NCBI GenBank assembly: GCA_964234715.1
Contig: OZ174277.1
Source of the DNA: Podarcis melisellensis
Taxonomy: Eukaryota
DNA: 64,000 bases
Reading direction: 5' to 3' (one strand)
Of the stretch, positions 52,275 to 64,000 are shown piece by piece. How positions within the stretch are numbered: position 1 is the stretch's first letter; every line of letters starts with the position of its first letter. The position numbers were made by a program, and so were the translations under genes. The notes under the pieces were generated by a model. It saw only the letters and a program-made list of their open reading frames with translations, had not been told where the DNA came from and did not search any database.

Positions 52275-53917
52275 CTTTACCATCCCTTCTCTGAGGTGAC
52301 AAAATTCCCACTTGGCTGATTTCAGTAGTAAACCCATACAGTAGTTTCTTTCCATGGATGAAAGGTGCCCTGAAAGTCCTAGTACATCCCTTTGGGAATG
52401 GGTCAGGCAAGCTTCTATTACAAAAGGAAATTGCTTGGTTCACTGAGGTAAAAATAGCTAAAACTGAACAGTGAGAAGGTTCACATTTGCAATCTTATAT
52501 GAAAGTCAAGGAAGGGCAACCCCCTTCACAATGAACCCCTGTTTTCTGCTACCCCAAATGGTAGTTCCCTGGCCCATTTGTGCAAGAGGTTTGTGACCCT
52601 CTTCCATTATTTTCCACAGCAAAAATGGATCAATGTACAAATAAAGGTGTAAAACAAAGAGCACAGTGCCTACTAAAAGATAGAAGCAAGAATTCTGGGA
52701 CGTTTGCCAACTACTGTATCTTTCTTTATGTTCTAATTTTCTAGTACTTAACAGTATGTTGACACCAAAACTGTTATAATGATTAATGATCTCTGAAAAC
52801 ATATAACGCTGTGCTTCCAGCAGGGAAATCAGTTTAATTCATGGGTACATCTTTCAGATATGTTATACATATACTAGATAAAGACACCAGCCTTTTAAAT
52901 TGTTATTTATTTGAAATTTGTTCCAAAGGATTCAGGGGGAGTTGTGTTATACCATTTAATCTTAATTCTTTCAATAGACTTGTGTGGTTGAGCTGGGAAA
53001 TAGTGACTGGCCCAAAATCACCCAGTGGGCTAAAAGGCAGAGCAGAAATTTGAATCTGCGTATCCTGCTTAATGCTGCCCATTGTGCTGCACTTTCTACT
53101 CTCCTCCTTTCCCTTGTAGTCCTTTCATGTGCCCCCAAACTCTGCTTTGGGACATTCCTCAACCCTCAAGCAGATTTGGGGGGCACCCAGGGAGGGAGAA
53201 GAAGAATGGGAAGTCACATCATGCAAGTGAAAGTCCGGTCACATGATAAAGTCTGGTCAAGGAAATTGCCGATGTTATCTCAGCGCCTCTGTCTATTATC
53301 TTTGAGAATTCTTGGAGAACAGAGGAGGTTCCTGCAGACTGGAAGTGGGCAGATGTTGTCCCAATCTTCAAAAGGGGGGTGGGGAGAAGACCCAGGTAAC
53401 TACCAGCCAGTCAGTCAGCTTGATGTCAATACTAGGAAAGGTCCTAGAACAGATAATTAAACATTTGGTCTGTGATTACTAAGACCCAGTATGGGTTTCT
53501 CAAAGACATGCCAGACAAACCCAAAGAGTGCTCACTAATGGTTCCTCGTCATCCTGGAAAAAAGTGAAAAGTGAGGTGCTGCAGGGTTCTGTCCTGGGCC
53601 CGTTGTTGTTCAACATCTTTATAAATGACTTGGATGAAGGAATTGAGGGGATGCTCATCACATTTGCAGATGACACCAAACTGGGATGGGGAGCAAATGC
53701 TACTGAAGGCAGAATCAGGATACAAGATTGGAGGACTGGAGCTCAGTCTAAGAAAATGAATTTCAGTAGGGACAAATGCAGGATTTTACATTTAGGCACG
53801 AAGAACCAGCTGCACAAATATAAGATGGAGGACAGTAGTACATGTAAAAAGGATCTAGGGGTCTTAGTAGACCACAAGCTGAACATGAATCAACAGTGTG
53901 ATGCAGCAGCAGCAGCA

Positions 53918-53961
53918 GAATGAATGAATGAATGAATGAATGAATGAATGAATGAATGAAT
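53918..53961. repeat. (GAAT)n microsatellite inside CR1
   Basis: Direct reading. Confidence 0.95.
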
Positions 53962-54050
53962 AGCTAACTAATGCTATTCTAGGCTGCATCAACAGAAGTA
54001 TAGTGTCCAGATCAAGGGAAGTAATAGTACCACTCTATTCTGCTTGCTTA

Positions 54051-54406
54051 GGGACGTGGGTGGCGCTGTGGGTAAAACCTCAGTGCCTAGGGCTTGCCGA
54101 TCGCATGGTCGGCGGTTCGAATCCCCGCGGCGGGGTGAGCTCCCGTCTTTCGGTCCCTGCTCCTGCCCACCTAGCAGTTCTAAAGCACCCCTAAGTGCAA
54201 GTAGATAAATAGGTACTGCTTTATAGCGGGAAGGTAAATGGTGTTTCCGTGTGTTGCGCTGGTGCTGGCTCGCCAGAGCAGCTTCGTCACGCTGGCCACG
54301 TGACCCGGAAGTGTCTCCGGACAGCGCTGGCCCCCGGCCTCTTAAGTGAGATGGGCGCACAACCCTAGAGTCGGACGCAACTGGTCCGTACGGGCTGGGG
54401 TACCTT
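54051..54406 (+). mobile_element. Sauria SINE nested in CR1
   Basis: GGGACGTGGGTGGCGCTGTGG head; 15-bp TSD TATTCTGCTTGCTTA (54036-54050, 54407-54421). Confidence 0.93.
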
Positions 54407-55171
54407 TATTCTGCTTGCTTAGACCACACCTGGAGTATAGTGTCCAGTTCTGGGCACTACAATTTAAGAAGGATGTTGACAAGCTGGAACATGCGCAGAG
54501 GATGGCAACCAAGGTGATCAGGGTTCTGGAAACCAAGCCTTATGATGAATGGTTGAGGGAATTGGGTATGTTTAGCCAAGAGAAGGCTGAGAGATGATAG
54601 CCATCTTCAGATATCTAAATGGCTGTCTCATGGAAGATAGAACAAGCTTATTTTCTCCTGCTCCTGATGGTAGGACCCAAACCAATGGTTTCCAGATACA
54701 AGAAAGGAGATTTTGACTAAACATCAGGAAGAACTATTTGACAGTAACAGCTAGAATGGACTTCCTATGAAGGCGGTGGACTCTTCTTCATTGGAGGTTT
54801 TAAAGCAGAAGTTAGGTGTCTATCCAATATGGATTCTTTAGTTGAGATTCATGCATTGGAGAGGGTGGGATTAGATGACCCCCAGGTTCCTTCCAATTCT
54901 ACAGTTCTATGACTCTATTATGTTGAATGTCACCTCCTGTCTTTTAATACAGGACCAGTCCAGATTAAAGTTGTACCAGAACTTTGGAGAGCCATGTCAT
55001 TGTGTTTTGATTCAATAAAGGCAATTAAAAAATGGTACTACTGCCAGACATAAATAGTCACCTTTGTATAGTGATTAGTTAAACAAAACAGAAGCCATCC
55101 TGATAAGTTGTTCTATTGAAGTTTTGCTTTCCTGATTTTTTTCTTTCTTTTCTTTCTTTTCCCTCTTGCAG

Positions 55172-55349
55172 CTGTGATATCTTTCTGATTACAATTGCGG
55201 GAATGAAGCTATTGCGGTCTTCATTTTGTAATCCCATTCACCAGTTTGTTACATTAAGCTTTACTGTCATCTTCTTCCAGTTTGACTACTATGGTAACTC
55301 CGATAACTTCTTGTTGAATTTCTTCATGATGTCCATTGTGTTTAATAAG
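55172..55349 (+). CDS. PCNX2: PCNX2 exon (CDIFLITIAGMKLLRSSFCNP...MSIVFNK), GC donor
   Basis: ttgcag acceptor; the frame-preserving donor is AAG|gcaagt; 178 nt, phase 2->0. Confidence 0.92.
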
Positions 55350-58300
55350 GCAAGTGAATTGTTACTTAAAACTCTGTCACAATTTTGAGTGTTTAAGAAA
55401 AAGAAACAAAAATCCATAACTAATAACATGTGTCTAACTGTATCCTACAATAACACCTGAAAAACATAGTTAACATGTCACATTAAAGCATAGTCTAAAA
55501 GAAACAAAATGGAAGTTCCAGCTCATGCTGCTGCTGCTGCTACACCACCAGGAAACAAACCAGGCTCTGATTGGTTGGAATATCTGAACCTGTGTTCCTT
55601 GTTTGTTATTCTCCAAACAAACCACAAGCAGTAACCAAGGCTGTTTCTTGACTTATTGATGGTTTGTTTGGAAAGAAACAAACTATGACTTGCACCAAAC
55701 CCAGAAATGACCCCAAAAGTCACAAAGAAGTCACAAAAAGGGACAAGGTGAGGGAGGAGGGTTTGTAGGCTTTTTCAATGGTGTTTCAAATATACAGGAT
55801 TTCACTTAAATGCTTGGTGCCTCTCACATAATTTGGGAGTTGCCTGTACTAAAATCACAAGTACATATATTACAGGTTTATTGAAGAAATGCTACAGGCT
55901 AGGGGCCAATTAAACATATTTTTGAGAGGAAGTTCTTGATTATTCTTAGAGGTTTAGAACATCCCTAAAAGTTTATATGAGTTTTTTGGGGGCAAATGTT
56001 TTATATATCTATAGATCTATACCCATATATCTCAAACTATTGAGAAGTTGACCACGGTAGCAATATCTTGGGAAACAAGTGAATAAAATGGAAATAGCAT
56101 GTGCGGAATAGTCGTACTGAAATTGTTTCATTCAGAGGCATGCTGAGACAATGAGTGAAAAGTGCAATCTCATTGAGCTGGTAATTAGAGATTTGCAGTG
56201 GCTCTGTAAATGAAATACTTATAGGATTGCTGGGTTTTGAAGATTAATTATTACATTTTGCAGGTTATTATTTCATCACATGGATCTAAATCCCCAAGAA
56301 TCTCTGAAATGTTGTGGGCCGGCCTTTAAAAAAATTAATTTGGGGTAATTTTATTCCTATGAAAAGTCTATCTGTCAGGTCCCTGCTCAGATGGCATCAG
56401 GCACTGTATCTGTATCTTTCCCAAATCTCTATGGTCCATTCTGCTTCAGCAAGAAAAGGAACTGACAGCTTCAATCAATGCACTGTTCAATCACCATAAT
56501 GTTGACAACTATTTTTGAAAGATAGAAAGCACATTTTTGCTGCCACACTACCTTTGGCTATGTAGAAATAACCCTGGAAGTGACAGCCAGGAACTTATTA
56601 TTCTCTGAAGGTGTGATTTTTCCCATGTCTGAGCAGCAAGGCTTTTTCCTAAGTGTTGTAAGTCTGTATAATCATTTCAGTAGAAAAAACAATCCGTGTG
56701 AAGCCACGGTTGAAGAAGCATATCCATTTTTCCACTAAAGGAAATGAAATAAACCCACAGTAGACAACATCTCCAGCTTTGTTATTCCAGGTTAGATGAC
56801 ACTTTCTTCATCTGTCCTCAGTAACGTGCTTTGCAATGGTGACGGGGGTCACAGGTGGCAAGGGAAGGGGTACCCCTTCCTCCTCTTCTGTGACTGCCCC
56901 CCATGCCCCAAATTGTCCCACTGCTGTAATTAGGCTTGAAATAAAGCTTTGTAGCCAATGGAAGGAAGCCTAATTACAGTGTATGGGGCATTTACTGTGT
57001 GAGCGGGTCACAGCTGGGGAGGGGAGAGCCCCCCCAACCCCCATTGCAATTAGGCTTAAATAGCCTTCTATTGACTACAAAATAAAGCTGCTTTCAAGCC
57101 TAATTTGAGCATGAGAAGGCAGTGGGCACCTGTGGGCCCCAAGGAAGGGCCTCTGCAGACTTCTGAACACCTGCAAGCGCCACATTGGTGACCAATGTAT
57201 GTAATTAATGCAGTCCAATGAGGATGCAAATCAACCTCACTGCTCACAGGGCATTGCTTTCCACAGCCACTTTCCTCCCCCTATTAGCTCCTTGTAGCTG
57301 CTTTTGGATGTGCTACTGCATGCTGGAACATCCAGTTCAGTAAATTGGTTGGGAGCCCTGCCCCCAGAACCAAAATTAAAATGGTGCATAAAGGTATTGG
57401 GAGGGCTGTGCATGGATGATGCATTTTGGCTGTGATCCAGGATTAGAAATAGCCATACGATATGTAGGGAACTGAGACTGATTGAAATAGTGGAGGATTA
57501 TTGCCCGTTAGTTATTTACTGGGAGGCTCTGCTTTCCTTTGGACCACATCAGTGAGGGCGAGAGGGTAGGTCTTGCACCCCAGGAAAGTTACTTCAGTGT
57601 TGCTAGCACAGCAGTTTGACTTCATCCCAGATTTTTCACCCCATTTTCCCTTGAGACGGATGAATGCCAACAGCAGATTCCCTGCGCCCACTGTTTCTTC
57701 TCTGGAAATACCCTCTATGCCACTACTTTGCATGATTGCAATGGTTGTTTATTAGAGACCGGTGAACTTTAAGTTTGCCATGGGAAATTGCTGGTGTTCA
57801 CATCCCCCTACAGACAGATAACAAAAGTGGAACCAAGTTGTCCAAAAGAATTAAGCCCTACAACTCACACTTCACAAACTGCAATAATCTATCTTGCCTG
57901 GTGAGTGGTGTCTCTTGAATACACATAGAGAGTCTGATAAGTTCCACTTGGATTATTTCATCATAACAACAATCCAGTGTTGTAAAGATATGTTCAGTGA
58001 TAGGACCGAAATCCGCTGGCCTTTTTATTCTGATAAGCAACATAATCACCTGAAATCCAAAACATTTGTTGAAAAGGTCTTTGATATCTCAGTCTGAAAT
58101 GTTTTATATGTTCAGTTGAACCCTTGTCCTTTGGCAATATGTGTGCTTGGCTCCGATTAAGGTCAAAACCTGTCAAAATTTCTTATGAAAAGCGTTACAA
58201 AATGAATCTGTCAACTTAATCTGCTCAGCACAAGACCACCTGCTGGGCTTCTCCTTGAGGTTGCAATGAAACTTCCTCATCTGCAAGAAAAATGGACTGT

Positions 58301-59562
58301 TCTTCATTTATGGAAAGCTCTTTGATACAACTGAGCCTTTTATGAATGGTATGGGGAGGAAGGCCATTTTTAAAAATTGCCCCCTTTTTCCTGCAGTTCC
58401 TTGCAACACCTCCCATACTATTCTGGAAGTTCCTCCAGGCCTCTGGAGACTGGATCAAATGGGGGCGGGACATAGGGGGCTGAGAAGAGGAGGGAAAATG
58501 GGTGGAAATCACTTTCCCCCTTTCCTTCATGGAAGTCTCCAGAGGATTAAAGAGCTCTCCATGAATGGAAGGTTACTGCTGGATACAACTATTTACTGAT
58601 AGCAGAATTGAAACAAATTAAGGGGAAGAGTTATAAAGCTTTTAAGTTCAGAGACAAGATTCACTTGAATGACATTCTGTATAGAAAAATAGGTGAAAGC
58701 ATAAACAGAAGCTAAGATGTACACAAGTCATAAATGACTTTCAGTGTTAATGGGAAGTTAGATTTGTAGAAAAGAAATTACACTTCAATGAGGAAATCTT
58801 TATCATCGGCAATATGTAAGTCCCCCAGCTCTGCCAATTTTCTCCAAAGATGCAGAAAGATTGCTCAAAACATTCATGAGCAATGCACATTAAGGGAGAT
58901 AAACACAAATTAGTCTGCAAATGGGCAAAATATTATCTCTAATTGGATGCACATAAAAGAAAAGTATTATAATTCCAATTCAACAGTGGAAGCAGTAAGA
59001 TGTTTCAAAATAGGTAACCGACAGTTATGTGGTTATAACAGGGCTATGAATCTGGGGGTCTCAAATGCGGCATTAAAGCACCCCAAGCTCTGTGATTACA
59101 AAGCTCAAATACTGCAGCAGATAACAAGTTTTGCAAATTGGGCAGATTCACATAATGCTTCTGAATTTTCATGATTCACACACTTTGCATAGTTGCACAG
59201 TTTGCTCAAAGAGCCTAGCTGACTTGGTGATTTTGTGTGCTCTGCTCCGAATGTAGAGTTTTGTGAAAAAGCAAGGGATGGGGATAGAAAGGGATAGAAC
59301 GGGATTGTGCACAAAATTACTTTCAATGTTTGGTGACTTTTTCATAGGTTAGTCTGGATGGACAGGCACAGTGAAGCAGTCGTCAGTATTCAGCCAGACT
59401 TCCAGATTTATCAGACCATTTTGAAAAAGGAAAAAAAAACTTAATAAAAAATAAGTCAAGGCAGCATGCAACTGTGGGAGTGGGGTGTATGGTAGAACTG
59501 CATCTTCATTTACTCTGAGTGAAGGGTCACATTCCTTTTTTGGGAGTGTCTTTGCAAACTAC

Positions 59563-59911
59563 GGGACCCGGGTGGCACTGTAGGTTAAACCACAGAGCCT
59601 AGGGCTTGCCGATCAGAAGGTCGGCGGTTTGAATCCCCATGACGGGGTGAGCTCCTGTTGTTTGGTCCCTGCTCCTGCCAACCTAGCAGTTCGAAAGCAC
59701 GTCAAAGTGCAAGTAGATAAATAGGTACCGCTCAGGCGGGAAGGTAAACGGTGTTTCCATGCGCTGCTCTGGTTCGCCAGAAGTGGCTTAGTCATGCTGA
59801 CTGCATGACCCGGAAGCTGTACGCTGGCTCCCTCGGCCAATAAAGCGAGATGAGCGCTGCAACCCCAGAGTTGGTCACAACTGGACCTAATGGTCAGGGG
59901 TCCCTTTACCT
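59563..59911 (+). mobile_element. Sauria SINE
   Basis: Full head-core-tail ending ccctttacct; TTTGCAAAC direct repeat at 59551-59559 and 59912-59920. Confidence 0.92.
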
Positions 59912-60416
59912 TTTGCAAACCAGAGGCGGTCAGGGACACCATACACACGGCAGCCACTCATACACCACAACCTAGTCTATTGACTACAATATAATTTTTT
60001 TTTAATCTGAACTTTGGACAGGGGGCCATGTGGGTGCCAGGGAAGGCCTCTGTAGGAGACCCTTGGTCTTGGCAGTCAAAGCAGAAACCACCATAACTGA
60101 AAGTAATTTTCAAAAATGGCTGCGTGAATCACCCCACTGAAAAAGACAATCGACTGGATGTGTTTCTCCCTTTGCCTCTGAAAGATGTACTTCATCTGGA
60201 ACCATGCCCTGATGTCATAACTCACAGCATTATAATGTCTGGTTATGGAGCAAGTTGCCCTGCATGTTACAGAGGGGCAGAGGAAAAGATGCAACCTGGA
60301 GCTGCTCCCTTGGGTGGGCAGTAGCTCCTTTACCTGTTGTGACCTCACCTTCCTCCATAAGAGCATGGAACACAAAGAAGTCTCTGACACATTTAGCCAT
60401 TCTATTTATATATCTT

Positions 60417-60556
60417 NNNNNNNNNNNNNNNNNNNNNNNNNNNNNNNNNNNNNNNNNNNNNNNNNNNNNNNNNNNNNNNNNNNNNNNNNNNNNNNNNNNN
60501 NNNNNNNNNNNNNNNNNNNNNNNNNNNNNNNNNNNNNNNNNNNNNNNNNNNNNNNN
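60417..60556. other. Assembly gap (140 N)
   Basis: N run in sequence. Confidence 1.
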
Positions 60557-60639
60557 AACAACATCTTGGCTAGAAAGCTCCTTTTTCTACAAAGAAAAAT
60601 CTGGTGGATTTATCTGGTAGATGTGTTCTGTGTGCCATA

Positions 60640-61025
60640 TGGCTATCCCGACCACTCACGTCCCCGATGCCTGAAAGATCGCCTACAGACCCTCTTGAGT
60701 GCTGAGATCAGCAGAGGGGGCTCTCTTGGTAGTTCCTCCACCCTCAGGGGCTTGGAGTGCAGGTGGCAGCCCTGGGGAGGGCATTCTCTGTGCTGGCCCC
60801 AAAGATGTGAAACTCCCAGCAGAGGTGCACAAGGCACCTTCATTATATAGCTTATGGATAATGCTGAAGATGTCCCACTTTACATTGGCTTTTGACATCA
60901 GAGATGTATGTTTTCAGGACCCAACTTCTTATGATTGCAAGTTGTTTTAAATTGTTTTTAATATTGTGTTTAATGCTGTAACCGGCTCTCAGACCTTGGG
61001 GTGAAGGGCAGGTAATTAATAATAA

Positions 61026-61057
<32 letters not shown>
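60640..61057 (+). mobile_element. L2-like 3' fragment ending in (ATTG)n
   Basis: LRSAEGALLVVP peptide and agggcattctctgtg motif; microsatellite tail. Confidence 0.6.
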
Positions 61058-61066
61058 AAGTAAATA

Positions 61067-61438
61067 CAGTGGTGCCTCGCTAGACGAAAAGAATTTGTTC
61101 CGCGATTCTCTTCGTCTAGCGGTTTTTTCGTCTTGTGAAGCAATCCCATTGACAGCTTAGCGGATTAGTGCTAGAGCTGTCAAGCGGCTTCCAGCGATCA
61201 GCTGTTAAGCGGCTTATCAGCGGAACAGCTGATAAGCGGCTTAGCGGCTTAGGAAAAGGGCAAAAAAAGCAAAAAAAAACCCGCCAGGGGACGCAAGATT
61301 TTTTCGTCTTGTGAAGCAACCCCATAGGGTAATTCGTTTTGCGAAGCGCCTCCAAAACGGAAAACCCTTTCGTCTAGCGGGTTTTTCGTCTAGCGGGTTT
61401 TTCGTCTTGCGAGGCGTTCATCTTGCGGGGCACCACTG
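61067..61438. mobile_element. Tc1/mariner (Tigger-like) MITE with internal TTTTCGTCTWGYG repeats
   Basis: TA|CAGTGGTGCCTCGC ... GCGGGGCACCACTG|TA. Confidence 0.88.
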
Positions 61439-61625
61439 TATTGTGTTAAAATAAAAATTCCACTTCACTTTCTATATGAACTGAATACCAACAATCCAAG
61501 AGGTAGTATAATTGTAATATAGGCACGTGGACATTGCGTGTTGTGTAGGATATATATGGTAAAATGCTTTCTTTCTTTCTTCTTAAAAAAAGTGCTTTTC
61601 ACATACGCTGTCATAACTTTTCTGA

Positions 61626-61829
<204 letters not shown>

Positions 61830-62397
61830 TAAGAAAAGTATATATTTTTTATGTTAAAGTTTTGAAAAAAAAAGTATGGATATTCCCACAGGGAGAAAAT
61901 GCAATATTAAAAAAGATCCTTTGAACAATACTTTGAAAAGTGGGATATAAATTATTAAACAGATAAAAATAAGAAAAAGCAATGAGTTGAGAAATGTATT
62001 TTATTATTGCTTGTGACATTATTACTTCTTCGGTGAGGTGTGTAACTTAAAGTCTGTTTTGCTTCAGAAGGTACTCTAGTATGTAGGCAAGAATGGCTAA
62101 AATGTATTGTTGGCTCTTGGACAGATAAGGAAATTGGACAGTGACTCTGACTTTCCCAGACTCTCTGGGAATCTCTGCTAATCTCATCACTCTGATACGA
62201 CATTTTCAGAAATGGAAGCCCTACTAGTGACACTGCCTCTATGTCATTAATTGGGAATAGAGAAAGTGACTGAACTACAGAGATCAGATTAGCAATAATT
62301 GTTGTTGTTATGATGAATGTTACATTTTTGTGGTGAAGTCGTGAAAGTCTGTTCGCTGGATTATTGCTGGGGTCCTGCTGGTCTTAAAGATGTAGGC

Positions 62398-62533
62398 CAG
62401 GCATAGGCAAACTCGTCCCTCCAGATGTTTTGGGACTACAACTCCCATCATCCCTAGCTAACAGGGCCAGTGGTCAGGGATGATGGGAATTGTAGTCTCA
62501 AAACATCTGGAGGGCCGAGTTTGCCTATGCCTG
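62398..62533. mobile_element. Palindromic hAT-type MITE
   Basis: TIR CAGGCATAGGCAAACTCG; TSD ATGTAGGC/GTGTAGGC (7/8 match). Confidence 0.88.
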
Positions 62534-63390
62534 GTGTAGGCCTTCTTTTTCCCAAGGTCATCCATTTGCTTATTGGCATGAGACCTCTTACGTTTTTCTC
62601 TCCCTGTTTATTATAGAGGAACATATGCATGGATTGAGTGCCTCCATTGCCTTTGAGTGTGCATAGATATTTTTGTAATGCTTTTGATTTTGAAGTAGTC
62701 TTTAGGAGGCTTCCTCGACCCCTCTTCTTTGGTTTCTCTACCTTTCTTGCTCCTTGCACGTACTCCACAGTGATGACTTTCTGTCCTTCCGAGCCAGTAT
62801 GAATCACGAGTCCACAATATTATGGCAACTGAACTTTGTTGACACTTCCTTCATCCCCATATCGTCTCCATTGGGTTTGAGAGGCTCTGAGGGCAACTCA
62901 TCTCACATAATCACTAATAGGCACAGACATCATTATATAGCATCCTCTCAATAAATTTAAGGAGTTGCAGATATATACTTGATAAGTATTTACTAAAACG
63001 GCAGATAACATCAAACGTTTGATTAATTAGGCCTCGGGAGAAAAGCTGAAATGTGATTATTACTTCAATTATCAACGAAACATGTCTCTCCCATATCAGT
63101 CTCTGCAGGCACTGTATGTAACCTTCCAACAGTTTGGCTTCACCCCCAAAGGCACACTGCTGAGACAGACGGATGAAAAAAAGAAATCATTAGCATATTA
63201 GTTATTTATGACAGTAGAAGTTGCTCATATGTGACAGATTAAGAAGAAATGTTAGACACATTTCAATACAGGACCCTGAATTAATTCAAGTGACAAATAG
63301 CCCAATCTATTATTCATTTATTTATCTTTTATTGCATTTATATTCCATCTTTTAATACAAAGATTTCAAGGTTCTTCCTCTCCTCATTTA

Positions 63391-64000
63391 CCGTATTTTT
63401 CGCACGATTGGACGCACCGGACCATAGGACGCACCTAGTTTTCAGGGGGGGAAATCAAGGAAAAAATATGATTCCCCCCCCCCCCGCAGCTCTGGGAGCA
63501 GTGGACAGGCTGCACGCAGCCTGTGCGCTACTCCAAGACCTTCTCCCTGCTTTTGCGGGAGGTGGCGGAATTCCCCCACCTCCCGGAAAAGCCCACAGGA
63601 GCCCAGCTTGACTCCTGCGGGCTTTTCGACCAGGAGGGAGAAGGGACTGAAACGGCCAGTCAGTCCCTTCTCCCTCCTTGGGGAAAAGCCCCCAAGAGCT
63701 GCGCGCTCTTTAAAGGCTGCACAGCTCTTGCAGGCTTTTCTGCAAGGTGGGGGAATTCCCCCACCTCCTAGAAAAGCCAGCAAAGCCGTGCAGCCCCTTT
63801 AAAGAGCGCACGGCTTTTGCCTGCTTTTGCGGGAGGTGGGGAAATTCCCCCATCTCCCGCAAAAGCCCGCAGGAGGGAGAAGGGACTGACTCGGCCAGTC
63901 AGTCCCTTCTCCCTCCTTGGGGAAAAGCCCCCAAGAGCTGTGCGCTCTTTAAAGGCTGCGCGGCTCTTGCCGGCTTTTCTGCGAGGTGGGGGAATTCCCC
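63391..64000. mobile_element. pogo/Tigger-type non-autonomous element with tandem hairpin-rich interior (runs off the window)
   Basis: TA|CCGTATTTTTCGC left end; internal unit repeated with a period of about 239 bp; related to 2578-3130. Confidence 0.75.

Larger units (their letters stand above)
53230..54920 (+). mobile_element. CR1 LINE fragment (RT region to 3' tail) with internal deletions
   Basis: QGSVLGPLLFNIFINDLD..FADDTKLG; [11 protein letters not shown]; tail ttctacagttctatgactctat. Confidence 0.9.

Noticed and set aside
54051-54130. tRNA gene
   Set aside because: tRNA-like A/B boxes are the head of a Sauria SINE with TSDs.
60245-60850. Long ORFs spanning 60.2-60.9 kb
   Set aside because: Artefacts of translating through the N gap.
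61067-61438. CRISPR-like short repeats
   Set aside because: Irregularly spaced internal motifs of a TA-flanked MITE in eukaryotic DNA; no cas genes.

Overview
Vertebrate genomic DNA, most likely from a lacertid lizard (inferred from Sauria SINE copies plus CR1, L2, Rex1, hAT and Tc1/mariner repeats). From 12021 onward the window is clearly inside a + strand pecanex gene, best match PCNX2; the upstream 12 kb is probably its intron. Fourteen internal coding exons (12021-61749, 1718 nt) splice into one continuous frame, including a GC-AG intron followed by a U12-type (ATATCCTTT) donor. The main accessory feature is a near-intact 5.5-kb Ty3/Gypsy chromovirus of the Tf1/sushi type (17050-22546) in sense orientation. 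It has 409-bp LTRs, an ATACT TSD, a self-priming PBS, a -1 frameshift pseudoknot and a Pol frame that runs into the LTR. Its integrase tail has a cage-deficient chromodomain followed by two acidic FxGF motifs resembling the LEDGF/TFIIS-N-domain-binding motifs of IWS1 and JPO2, a candidate undescribed integration-tethering system. A young Rex1/Babar LINE with a nested hAT MITE, many MITEs/SINEs and a 140-N gap are also present. Family and gene names come from recalled sequence similarity, not database searches.
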